32,000 bases of DNA from Patescibacteria group bacterium (GTDB lineage: Bacteria > Patescibacteriota > Patescibacteriia > 2-01-FULL-39-33), in assembly GCA_041649575.1 (NCBI GenBank), contig JBAZMW010000004.1, positions 60,001 to 92,000 of the forward strand, given 5' to 3'. This document shows, one piece after another, positions 7,989 through 15,548 of the stretch. The translations under genes and the position numbers were made by a program. Position 1 is the stretch's first letter. Every line of letters starts with the position of its first letter. The notes below the pieces were generated by a model, which was not told the DNA's origin, did not search any database, and saw only the letters and a program-made list of their open reading frames with translations.

Positions 7989-8935
7989 TTTTCTTCCTCT
8001 ATGGCACGGATCATTACCGCGTCAAAGAAAAACTGAAAGAATTAAAACAAGGTTTCACCCAAAAACGCGATGAGACCGGCTTGAACGTAATCAATTTAAA
8101 CGGCGAGAATTTAGAGGCCGATCAGCTGCGGCAAGAAGCGCTGGCCACGCCTTTTTTGGGCGAGAAAAAAATGATTATTGTCAAAAACGTTTTAGCCAAC
8201 AAAAAACAGGCCAGGGCTATAATTGAGTTTTTAAAAAATTATGAAGAAAAAATTGACAATATTCTTTGTTTTATCGACCTTTTAGACGAAGTAAAATCAA
8301 CGCGTCAGACAAAAGCCGAGAACGCCAACGCCTTATTTCAATATTTGACCAAACAAAAATTTCACTGGCAATTCAACCTCATGAACAACCTGGAAGTCGA
8401 GCGCTGGCTAAAAAAATATTTAGAAGACAAAAAAATACTCATGGAAAAAACCGCCAGTCAGCAACTGGTTGCTGCTGTCGGCAATAACCTGGATAGCCTA
8501 ATTTTGGAGCTTGGCAAACTGGCCGCCTACAGAAATGGTCAAATCATCACCAACGCTGATATAAAAGAATTAGTCCGAGCCAAATTTGACGAAAATATTT
8601 TTAACCTGGTTGACGCCCTGGGACACAAAGACAAAAAGCTGGCCCTAAAACTAACTAGCAACCAGTTACGGAGCGGCAATTCCCCTCTGGCCATTTTTAA
8701 TATGATGGCCAGGCAATTTAAAATCTTACTTCAGGTTAAAACGGAAAAGGCCACAGCCAACAGCTTAAAGCTCCATCCCTTTGTTTTTAAAAAGGCGCGG
8801 GATCAGTCGCAAAAATTTACAAAAAATCAACTGCTGAAAATTTATCAGGAACTGGTGGCGCTGGAAGCGCGGTTAAAATCCGGCACCAAAAATCCCGAAT
8901 TATTATTTGACCTGTTTATTATGAACATGCGCTGA
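7985..8935 (+). CDS. holA: DNA polymerase III delta subunit (HolA-like)
   Basis: 316 aa. The start overlaps the polA stop (ATGA at 7985-7988). The N-terminus MIFFLYGTDHYRVKEKLKEL and the overall length and layout are typical of HolA. This is a weakly conserved family, so the call rests on pattern and context. Confidence 0.7.
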   Translation: MIFFLYGTDHYRVKEKLKELKQGFTQKRDETGLNVINLNGENLEADQLRQEALATPFLGEKKMIIVKNVLANKKQARAIIEFLKNYEEKIDNILCFIDLLDEVKSTRQTKAENANALFQYLTKQKFHWQFNLMNNLEVERWLKKYLEDKKILMEKTASQQLVAAVGNNLDSLILELGKLAAYRNGQIITNADIKELVRAKFDENIFNLVDALGHKDKKLALKLTSNQLRSGNSPLAIFNMMARQFKILLQVKTEKATANSLKLHPFVFKKARDQSQKFTKNQLLKIYQELVALEARLKSGTKNPELLFDLFIMNMR

Positions 8936-8957
8936 TACAGATAATAATGATTACTTT

Positions 8958-8980
8958 AAAAGCCCCGTTAAGGGGCTTTT
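8958..8980. terminator. bidirectional terminator between convergent holA and rpsT
   Basis: AAAAGCCCC-gttaa-GGGGCTTTT. The A/T runs are part of the stem flanks on both strands. Confidence 0.7.
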
Positions 8981-8981
8981 G

Positions 8982-9248
8982 TTATTTTAGCATTTTACTG
9001 AGTTTTTTCATTAACCTCGACTTCTTGCGAGCGCCGGTATTCTTTTTGATAATTTTTTGCTGCATTGCCTTGTCAATCGCCTTAACGGCTGCTTTAATTT
9101 TTTGTACCGCCGAATCCTTTTCTTGTTTGAGGATAAATTTCTGCGATTTTTTAACTAAATCCCTGATTGCGGTTTTGGCCTTCAGATTTCTGGCCAACTT
9201 TTTTTTGCTTTGGCGCAGGGCTTTAATAGCTGATTTTTTTATGGGCAT
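8982..9248 (-). CDS. rpsT: 30S ribosomal protein S20
   Basis: 88 aa, very basic. MPIKKSAIKALRQSKKKLARNLKAKTAIRDLVKK is the typical S20 N-terminus. Confidence 0.9.
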   Translation of the reverse strand: MPIKKSAIKALRQSKKKLARNLKAKTAIRDLVKKSQKFILKQEKDSAVQKIKAAVKAIDKAMQQKIIKKNTGARKKSRLMKKLSKMLK

Positions 9249-9311
9249 AACAAAAAGATTTATTTTTTACGCAAACGGTTGACAAATTGACTATAACACA
9301 AAAAATTTTTT

Positions 9312-9341
9312 TTGACAAGCGGCTTTTGTTTAAGCTAGAAT
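9312..9341 (+). promoter_or_regulatory. candidate promoter TTGACA-18 bp-TAGAAT for the bactofilin gene
   Basis: TTGACA at 9312-9317 and TAGAAT at 9336-9341. Confidence 0.4.
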
Positions 9342-9373
9342 TAATCAGTAATAACAAATAACTTGCCGCTTAT

Positions 9374-9832
9374 ATGTTCAAAGAAAATCAGCCCGCCGGT
9401 GAAACCGAAACCGTTATTGGACCGTCGGTAAAAGTGGAGGGCGACTTTGTCACTGAAGGCAATGTCGTGGTTCAGGGAACGGTTTGCGGTACCATTAAAA
9501 CCTCCAAGGACCTCAAAATCGGCTCTAAATCAAAAATTTTCGCCGATGTCAGCGCCGAAAACGCCCTAGTTGCCGGAGAAATTCAAGGGAATATCAGGAT
9601 CGGCTCTAGATTAGAGCTCACTTCTACGGCCAAAGTCTTCGGCGACGTTAAAACCGAAACCCTGATTATGGCAAACGGCGCCATTTTAAATGGCAAGTGC
9701 CAAATGGGTAATGTCAAAGAGCGGTCTTCTCGACCCGACTTTACCAAGCAGGCGAAAATCGACCTAAAACCACAAACGACGGAGGAACTGACGGAAAATT
9801 CAAACGAAGAAAACAAAAAAAAGAAAAAATAA
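9374..9832 (+). CDS. bactofilin-family polymer-forming cytoskeletal protein
   Basis: 152 aa. Repetitive beta-helix pattern (VKVEGDFVTEGNVVVQGTVCGTIKTSKDLKIGSKSKIFADVSAENALVAGEIQGNIRIGSRLELTSTAKVFGDVKTETLIM) followed by a charged C-terminal tail. Confidence 0.8.
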   Translation: MFKENQPAGETETVIGPSVKVEGDFVTEGNVVVQGTVCGTIKTSKDLKIGSKSKIFADVSAENALVAGEIQGNIRIGSRLELTSTAKVFGDVKTETLIMANGAILNGKCQMGNVKERSSRPDFTKQAKIDLKPQTTEELTENSNEENKKKKK

Positions 9833-9844
9833 ACAAAACCAACC

Positions 9845-9872
9845 GCCAATAAGCTGTTATTGGCATCTTTTT
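9845..9872 (+). terminator. terminator-like hairpin after the bactofilin gene
   Basis: GCCAATAA-gctg-TTATTGGC followed by ATCTTTTT. It abuts the next ATG (9873). Confidence 0.5.
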
Positions 9873-10616
9873 ATGTATTACTATCTCTATGATTCGCGCT
9901 TGGCTGAAAAAAAATATGGCAGCACTGTCGCTAAAATTGAAACCCGGCTAACGGATTTGGGCATTAATGGAAAAATAAACCATCTGTCTTTTCTAAAAAA
10001 CATTCAGCAAGTGGTGGGCGAAGAGCTTAAAAGGGGCGTGAAAACAATTGTCATTGTCGGCGATGACAAAACTTTTGGACAAGTAATAAACCTGATAGCC
10101 GACTTTAATGTGGTTGTCGGCTTTATACCTGTTGAGGGCAAAAACGACATTGCCAGGTTATTAGGCATACCTGAGGGTGAGAAGGCCTGCGACGTCTTGT
10201 CTTCTAGAATAATCAAAAAGATGGATCTTGGAGAAATTAATGGCTATTACTTTTTTACCTCCTTGGAGGTTATTAACCACCAGGTGGCCCTAGAGTGTGA
10301 CAATAGTTATTTTATCAACTCTGAAAAAAAAGAATTGGCGATAAAAATTGCCAACCTGGACTGTTATCAAGAAGCGCCCACTCAGCCCGATGACAATAAA
10401 TTGGATATTTTTTTAACCGGCCCTAAAAGCACTTTTTTTTGGAAAAAAAATACCGACCCGCCGACGCATCTAAAAGCCAAAAACATAAGAATTACCAGCT
10501 TTAAATCAACACCCATCTTATTAAACGATGACGGCCGCATTATCAAAACTCCGGCCACCATCACCATCAGCCACAAAAAAATAAAAGTTATCGTAGGAAA
10601 AAATAGATTATTTTAA
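9873..10616 (+). CDS. diacylglycerol/lipid kinase catalytic-domain-like protein (YegS/DAGK_cat-like) with a degenerate GGDGT motif
   Basis: 247 aa. KTIVIVGDDKTFGQVINLI aligns with the DAGK_cat nucleotide-binding loop, with GDDKT in place of GGDGT, followed by ARLLGIP. The assignment is by motif only. Confidence 0.45.
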   Translation: MYYYLYDSRLAEKKYGSTVAKIETRLTDLGINGKINHLSFLKNIQQVVGEELKRGVKTIVIVGDDKTFGQVINLIADFNVVVGFIPVEGKNDIARLLGIPEGEKACDVLSSRIIKKMDLGEINGYYFFTSLEVINHQVALECDNSYFINSEKKELAIKIANLDCYQEAPTQPDDNKLDIFLTGPKSTFFWKKNTDPPTHLKAKNIRITSFKSTPILLNDDGRIIKTPATITISHKKIKVIVGKNRLF

Positions 10617-10643
10617 AAAAACGGCCTCTAAGGCCGTTTTTTT
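10615..10643. terminator. bidirectional terminator between convergent genes
   Basis: A6-ACGGCCT-cta-AGGCCGT-T7. Confidence 0.75.
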
Positions 10644-10655
10644 ATTCTAAGAAGA

Positions 10656-10925
10656 TCAAGTGGCGACCGGTTCCCGAATAAACTTTTTTTGTTCAATTAA
10701 ATTATCATCAACTATCATCACTTTTTCTCTTATCTCTATTACCCGACTACTATCGATGATTAAATCATGAACCAATAGCTTTTCAACCAACTTGGGAGAA
10801 GAGACGATATATTTTTCCAATTGCTGGGTCTCACTGTTAAACTCAAAATCCTTTACCTGGCCTAATCTTTGACCACTTTCAGTCTCGACCTCCAGGCCAA
10901 TTAGTTGTTTTTGATTAAGAAACAT
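10656..10925 (-). CDS. PRC-barrel domain protein
   Basis: 89 aa. LIGLEVETESGQRLGQVKDFEFNSETQQLEKYIV matches the PRC-barrel pattern (G..V....G..lG.v.d...d.....i..lvv). Confidence 0.5.
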   Translation of the reverse strand: MFLNQKQLIGLEVETESGQRLGQVKDFEFNSETQQLEKYIVSSPKLVEKLLVHDLIIDSSRVIEIREKVMIVDDNLIEQKKFIREPVAT

Positions 10926-10937
10926 CGATTTTAAAAA

Positions 10938-11681
10938 TCAACGCTTATCTAATATTTCTACGGCGGGCTGATCCTTCTTTTTTCTAAAAGTCACTAATTG
11001 CTGCAAAATTGTTAAAAGAGTAACTACCAGCCAGTAGAGAACTAGGCCGCTAGGCAAGGTAAAACCAATAATAAAAGTCATGATGGGCATAAAAATAACC
11101 ATCTGTTTGTTCATAATAGCCAACGTACCCTCATCTTTACTACCAGTGGTTTTAACTTCCGGTTTATTGAAATTAAGCATTCGAGCTTGCCAGAATTGAG
11201 CCAGAGCGGCTAAAGCCGCCAGAATTACCTGTGGCTTGGATAAATCCAAAAAACCAAAAGCGATCGGGCTAAGTGTGCCGGGATTGGGAATAAAAGAATA
11301 AAGCTTGCTTAAACTGCCCTGGGCCAAACCAGTGTAAAAAACTTGATAAATGGCTATTAAAAAAGGAAATTGAATCAATAGGGGCAAGCAGGAAGAAAAG
11401 GGACTGACTTTTTCTGCCTTATAAAGCTTCATCATCTCTACGCCCATTTTTTCCCGTTGATCCTTGTATTGATTTTTCAGGGCGTTAATTTTTGGCTGAA
11501 GCTGTTGTAAGGCTTTCTGCGACTTCAAGGATTTGGCAGAAAAAGGATATAAAATCAATTTAATCAAAAAAGTTAATAAAATAATAGCCACTCCGATGTC
11601 ATGACCGGGAATAAAATTATAAAACAACACCAATAGATTCAGCAGCGGCTGATAAAAAATAATATTAAATAATTGAATCAT
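10938..11681 (-). CDS. yidC: membrane protein insertase YidC (short OxaA/SpoIIIJ-like form)
   Basis: 247 aa, polytopic. Core motifs: KSLKSQKALQQLQPKINALKNQYKDQREKMGVEMMKLYKAEKVSPFSSCLPLLIQFPFLIAIY. It sits in the conserved rpmH-rnpA-yidD-yidC order. Confidence 0.85.
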   Translation of the reverse strand: MIQLFNIIFYQPLLNLLVLFYNFIPGHDIGVAIILLTFLIKLILYPFSAKSLKSQKALQQLQPKINALKNQYKDQREKMGVEMMKLYKAEKVSPFSSCLPLLIQFPFLIAIYQVFYTGLAQGSLSKLYSFIPNPGTLSPIAFGFLDLSKPQVILAALAALAQFWQARMLNFNKPEVKTTGSKDEGTLAIMNKQMVIFMPIMTFIIGFTLPSGLVLYWLVVTLLTILQQLVTFRKKKDQPAVEILDKR

Positions 11682-11712
11682 AAATTAATTTTAGTCCGGC
11701 CTGGAAAAATTT

Positions 11713-11985
11713 TTATTTTACCTGGTCGAGGCCGCCTTTAGAAAATGGGTTGCAACGCAGCACCCGCCCCAAAGCCTTTAACCCCCCCTTAATAATTCCA
11801 TATTTTTCTACCGCCTGATAGGCATACTCTGAACAGGTCGGCTGAAACTTACAGTAACCGCCCGGGTAAAAAATCCGTGGCCAGCCGTAGTCAAAAGAAA
11901 GGGTTTTTTGGTAGAGTCTGATTAATCTTAAAGCAAAAAAACGAAGAGAATAAGCCAGGTTGCGAATTGTTAAATTAATCGGCAT
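11713..11985 (-). CDS. yidD: membrane protein insertion efficiency factor YidD
   Basis: 90 aa. [45 protein letters not shown] is the YidD signature. Confidence 0.9.
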   Translation of the reverse strand: MPINLTIRNLAYSLRFFALRLIRLYQKTLSFDYGWPRIFYPGGYCKFQPTCSEYAYQAVEKYGIIKGGLKALGRVLRCNPFSKGGLDQVK

Positions 11986-12308
11986 TTTTTAAAAACAGTT
12001 AGGAGCTCCGATTCTAAAAACTGTTGTTTTTGACCCAAGGCCAAAGGCGTAGCGCTAATAATTATATCAATATTTTGACTAAATTTAAATAAATTTTTTT
12101 TAACAATCTCCCTTAATCGTCTTTTGATTAAATTTCTTTGCGAGGCCTTTTTAGAGACTTTATTAGAAACGACTACCGCAAAACGACAGAAATCTAAACC
12201 ATTAGGCTTATAATAAATTGCCAAAAATCCACTGAAAGCCCTCTTACCGCTTCTAAAAATTTTAAGAAAATCGTTACGTTTGGTTAGACGATATTTTTTG
12301 GCCAACAT
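11970..12308 (-). CDS. rnpA: ribonuclease P protein component
   Basis: 112 aa, basic. Motifs [15 protein letters not shown] and [22 protein letters not shown]. It lies between rpmH and yidD. Confidence 0.8.
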   Translation of the reverse strand: MLAKKYRLTKRNDFLKIFRSGKRAFSGFLAIYYKPNGLDFCRFAVVVSNKVSKKASQRNLIKRRLREIVKKNLFKFSQNIDIIISATPLALGQKQQFLESELLTVFKKCRLI

Positions 12309-12349
12309 AATAATAAAAAATTAGGTAATTATGGCCAAAACCGTGCCGA

Positions 12350-12478
12350 CTAGTTTGACCGACCTCGATTTTTTCTTCTTTTTAGGACTTTTCTGCCATT
12401 TTTAGTCTGCATCCGATGACGAAAGCCGTGCTTTTTGACTCTTTTTCTCTTTTTTGGTTGGTAGGTTCTCTTGGGCAT
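12350..12478 (-). CDS. rpmH: 50S ribosomal protein L34
   Basis: Below the ORF-track size cutoff, so I translated it by hand: [42 protein letters not shown], 42 aa with a TAG stop at 12350-12352. It has the canonical L34 core and the canonical position upstream of rnpA. Confidence 0.85.
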   Translation of the reverse strand: MPKRTYQPKKRKRVKKHGFRHRMQTKNGRKVLKRRKNRGRSN

Positions 12479-12570
12479 AAAACTTCAATTAATAACTCTT
12501 TGTATTATTTTTTGTCGCTTTCAAAAGAATAACATTTTTTTAATAACACGTCAATGAAAAGAAAAAATAT

Positions 12571-12601
12571 TTATCAACATCTAATCAACATCTAATCAAC
12601 A
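12571..12601. promoter_or_regulatory. three phased DnaA-box-like 9-mers (candidate oriC element)
   Basis: TTATCAACA (12571-12579), TAATCAACA (12582-12590) and TAATCAACA (12593-12601), starting every 11 bp. They have 1-2 mismatches to TTATCCACA. They lie in the rpmH/dnaA divergent intergenic region. Confidence 0.5.
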
Positions 12602-12690
12602 CTTTTTGTTTTTTATTGACTATTTCTAATTTTGTTAACTTGTGCTAAAATTATAAAGACTTATTTTTACTCTTAATCCAACCCTCCATC

Positions 12691-14082
12691 ATGATTCCCC
12701 AGCAACTCTGGCAAGCAGCGCTCGGCGAGCTAGAACTTTTATTATCAAAGGCTAATTTTACCACTTGGTTTAAAAACACGGGAATCTCTTCTGTTGAAGA
12801 AAACAAGGCAGTGATTTCTGTGCCCAACAGCTTTACTAAAGAATGGCTGGAAAAAAAGTACCATCAAACTATTCTTAAGGCCCTAAAAAACGTTACCGAC
12901 AATAAAATCAAAGAGGTGGTTTACAAAATCGAGGCCGTAGCCCAACAACCAAGCTTTAATTCGGCCAGCCTGCTTAATAAAAACATTACCCCAGATAACA
13001 CCCCACCAGAAGCCACCAAAGAGAGCTACTTCAGTGATAAAATCCCGGAAACAACCAATAATTTTATTCTTAATCCCCGCTATACCTTTGCCACTTTCAT
13101 TGTCGGCAAAAACAACGAACTGGCCCATGCGGCTTCGCTGGCGGTCGCCAAGAACCCGGGCCACGCCTATAACCCATTGTTTATTTATGGCGGCGTGGGT
13201 CTAGGAAAAACCCACTTACTTCAAGCTATCGGTCATAAAATTTTAAACGATAATCCTAAAACCAAAGTTTTGTATGTTTCCTGCGAGAAATTTGCCAATG
13301 ATTTTATTAATGCTATCCAAAACGGCAAGGCCGAAGAATTCAAACAAAAATACCGCTCTATTGATTTGTTGTTAATCGATGATATTCAATTCATTTCTGG
13401 CAAGGAACAGACCCAGGAAGCTTTTTTTCACACCTTTAACGAACTACACCAGCAAAACAAACAGGTGGTGATCTCCTCTGACCGGCCGCCCAAGGCTATC
13501 GCCACCCTGGAACATCGCTTGGTTTCACGTTTTGAGTGGGGAATGATTGCCGACATCTCCAGCCCGGATTTAGAAACAAAAATGGCCATTATCGAGGCTA
13601 AAGCCAAGGAAAAAAATTACTCTCTGGAGCCGGCAGCCACCAACTACTTGGCCAGCGTCATTCATAATAATGTCAGGGAATTAGAAGGTGCGTTAAACCG
13701 TATTATTGCCCACAGTCAACTACAAAATAAAAAGTTAACTCTTGAGGAAATCAAACAAATAACCGACTCCATTACCACCAACTCTCAAAAAAAATCAATG
13801 ACCCCTAAGTATATCATTAATACTGTCGCCGAATACTTTGATATTGAAATAGCCGACATTCTCTCACCTTGCCGCAAAAAAAGCCTCACCGAGCCAAGAC
13901 AAATAATTATGTATTTGATGCGCGAGGAAATGAAAGCCTCCTATCCGACAATTGGCCAGGAGCTCGGCGGTCGCGATCATACCACAGTCATCCACGCTTA
14001 CGAAAAAATTGTCAAAAATTTAAAAACCGACGACAAATTAAGGCAGGACATTAATGTTTTAAAACAAAAACTATATAGTTGA
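12691..14082 (+). CDS. dnaA: chromosomal replication initiator DnaA
   Basis: 463 aa. Walker A GGVGLGKTHLL, Walker B LLLIDDIQF, sensor motifs, and the C-terminal DNA-binding helix GGRDHTTVIHAYEKI. Confidence 0.95.
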   Translation: MIPQQLWQAALGELELLLSKANFTTWFKNTGISSVEENKAVISVPNSFTKEWLEKKYHQTILKALKNVTDNKIKEVVYKIEAVAQQPSFNSASLLNKNITPDNTPPEATKESYFSDKIPETTNNFILNPRYTFATFIVGKNNELAHAASLAVAKNPGHAYNPLFIYGGVGLGKTHLLQAIGHKILNDNPKTKVLYVSCEKFANDFINAIQNGKAEEFKQKYRSIDLLLIDDIQFISGKEQTQEAFFHTFNELHQQNKQVVISSDRPPKAIATLEHRLVSRFEWGMIADISSPDLETKMAIIEAKAKEKNYSLEPAATNYLASVIHNNVRELEGALNRIIAHSQLQNKKLTLEEIKQITDSITTNSQKKSMTPKYIINTVAEYFDIEIADILSPCRKKSLTEPRQIIMYLMREEMKASYPTIGQELGGRDHTTVIHAYEKIVKNLKTDDKLRQDINVLKQKLYS

Positions 14083-14371
14083 TAATTTGGGTAAAAATTC
14101 TTTATAAAAAGTAACTAACTTGGTGATAGTATTGTTTTAAAAAGTTAATAAACTTTAGATAAGTTAAAATAAAACTGGAAAAATTTTTTAAAACCATTTA
14201 ATAAAATTCAAGTCACTAGTTTTAAACAGTTGGTTGTAATAATTATTCAGTGTTTATACCTAAAAAATTTATTTTAAATATTAAAAAAGGTATAGTTTCA
14301 TAAATTTTTAATAACTTTCCACTTTTCCCCTGTCATTAATATAATTATTAATAATTATTTTATTAAACTAT
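14083..14371. other. 289-bp very AT-rich dnaA-dnaN spacer (possible DNA-unwinding part of a bipartite origin)
   Basis: Unusually long and AT-rich for this compact window. There are no convincing DnaA boxes and no ORF. The role is inferred from position only. Confidence 0.3.
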
Positions 14372-15496
14372 ATGAAAATTTCTTGTACCCAAGAAAATTT
14401 AAATCAAGGGTTGATGGTAGTTAGCCATATTGCCAATAAAAATTCTAATTTGCCAATTTTAGCTAACATTTTAATAAAAGTAGAAGATAAAATTTTAACT
14501 TTCTCGGCAACTAATCTAGAAATTGGCATTATAGCTCAAGTAAGGGGTAAGGTGGAAAAAGAAGGCGACTTCACAGTGGATGCTAAATTACTAGCCGACT
14601 ATATTTCTTTATTACCAAAAGAAAGGGTGGACCTGGAGTTAGTAGAAGATAATTTAAAAATAGAGTGCCAAAAACAAAAAACAAAAATTAAAGGATTAAC
14701 AGCTAGTGATTTTCCTTTAATCCCTAAAATAAACAAAGAAAACCCCTATATTATTAGTGCTAAGAGTTTTAAAGAGGCAATCAGCCAGGTGACTTTTGCT
14801 GTTTCTAATTCAGAAACTAGGCCGGAAATTTCTGGGGTGTTTATAAAATTTACTAATAATACTGCTGTTTTTGCTGCTACTGACGGCTATCGGTTGGCGG
14901 AAAAAACAATTGACCTAATTGAGGGCGGCAAAGAAGAAAAGACAATAATCGTACCAGTCAGAACCCTACAGGAGATTTCCAGGGTGTTAGGAATTTTTAA
15001 AGAGGACGTGTCCCTAAAAGAAGTGGAAAATGTGGAGATTTATATTTCTAATAACCAGATAGTGTTTACTTATAATGGGGTGGAGTTAGTCTCCCGTTTA
15101 ATTGAGGGAGAATATCCTAATTATTCCCAAATCGTACCCAATAACAGTAAGACACAAATTAAAACCAATATCAATTCTTTAATTAAAGCAGTTAAAACAG
15201 CCAGTCTCTTCACTAAGAGTGGTATTTATGATATTAAATTAGAATTTAAAAAGAATAATGAAATAATCATCACCTCCTCCTCTTCTCAAACAGGGGAAAA
15301 TATTTCAACCCTGGAGGCGGCTGTTAGCGGCGAAGAAAATAGTATTGTTTTAAATTATCGGTATTTTTTGGATGGTTTACAAAATATTAATACAGAAGAA
15401 ATAATTATAGAAATAAATGACAGTAACAGCCCCTGTTTAATGAAGCCATCCGGATTGAGTGATTATTTTTATATTATCATGCCAATAAAACAGTAG
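14372..15496 (+). CDS. dnaN: DNA polymerase III beta sliding clamp
   Basis: 374 aa. MKISCTQENLNQGLMVVSHIANKNSNLPILANILI is a typical clamp N-terminus. Other motifs: ATDGYRLAE and the C-terminal end MPIKQ. It sits immediately after dnaA. Confidence 0.9.
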   Translation: MKISCTQENLNQGLMVVSHIANKNSNLPILANILIKVEDKILTFSATNLEIGIIAQVRGKVEKEGDFTVDAKLLADYISLLPKERVDLELVEDNLKIECQKQKTKIKGLTASDFPLIPKINKENPYIISAKSFKEAISQVTFAVSNSETRPEISGVFIKFTNNTAVFAATDGYRLAEKTIDLIEGGKEEKTIIVPVRTLQEISRVLGIFKEDVSLKEVENVEIYISNNQIVFTYNGVELVSRLIEGEYPNYSQIVPNNSKTQIKTNINSLIKAVKTASLFTKSGIYDIKLEFKKNNEIIITSSSSQTGENISTLEAAVSGEENSIVLNYRYFLDGLQNINTEEIIIEINDSNSPCLMKPSGLSDYFYIIMPIKQ

Positions 15497-15507
15497 ACTG
15501 GCTAAAT

Positions 15508-15540
15508 AAAAAGATCACCCCAGTTTGGGGTGATCTTTTT
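15508..15540. terminator. bidirectional terminator between convergent dnaN and the PBP gene
   Basis: A5-GATCACCCCA-gtt-TGGGGTGATC-T5. Confidence 0.8.
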
Positions 15541-15548
15541 ATTTAGCA

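Noticed and set aside
8947-9282. 111-aa plus-strand ORF covering rpsT
   Set aside because: It is antisense to a clear ribosomal protein S20 gene. It is Phe/Leu/Ile-rich, as expected from reading Lys-rich codons backwards.
10433-10450. T8-GG-A8 homopolymer pair inside the DAGK-like gene as a phase-variation switch (similar T8/T9 runs occur at 939-947, 1082-1090 and 16013-16020)
   Set aside because: Runs of 8-9 A or T are expected in AT-rich Lys/Phe-rich coding sequence. All are in frame, and nothing here suggests on/off variants.
12350-12478. Possible frameshift or truncation in rpmH, because L34 ends at ...RGRSN instead of the usual ...GRK.L.V
   Set aside because: The conserved L34 core is intact. 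The C-terminal few residues are variable. Invoking a frameshift would need an extra base and gives a non-canonical extension.
12571-12601. 11-bp tandem repeat considered as a mini-CRISPR or minisatellite
   Set aside because: It has only about 2.7 units, no spacers, and each unit is a DnaA-box-like 9-mer next to dnaA. An origin or autoregulatory site explains it.
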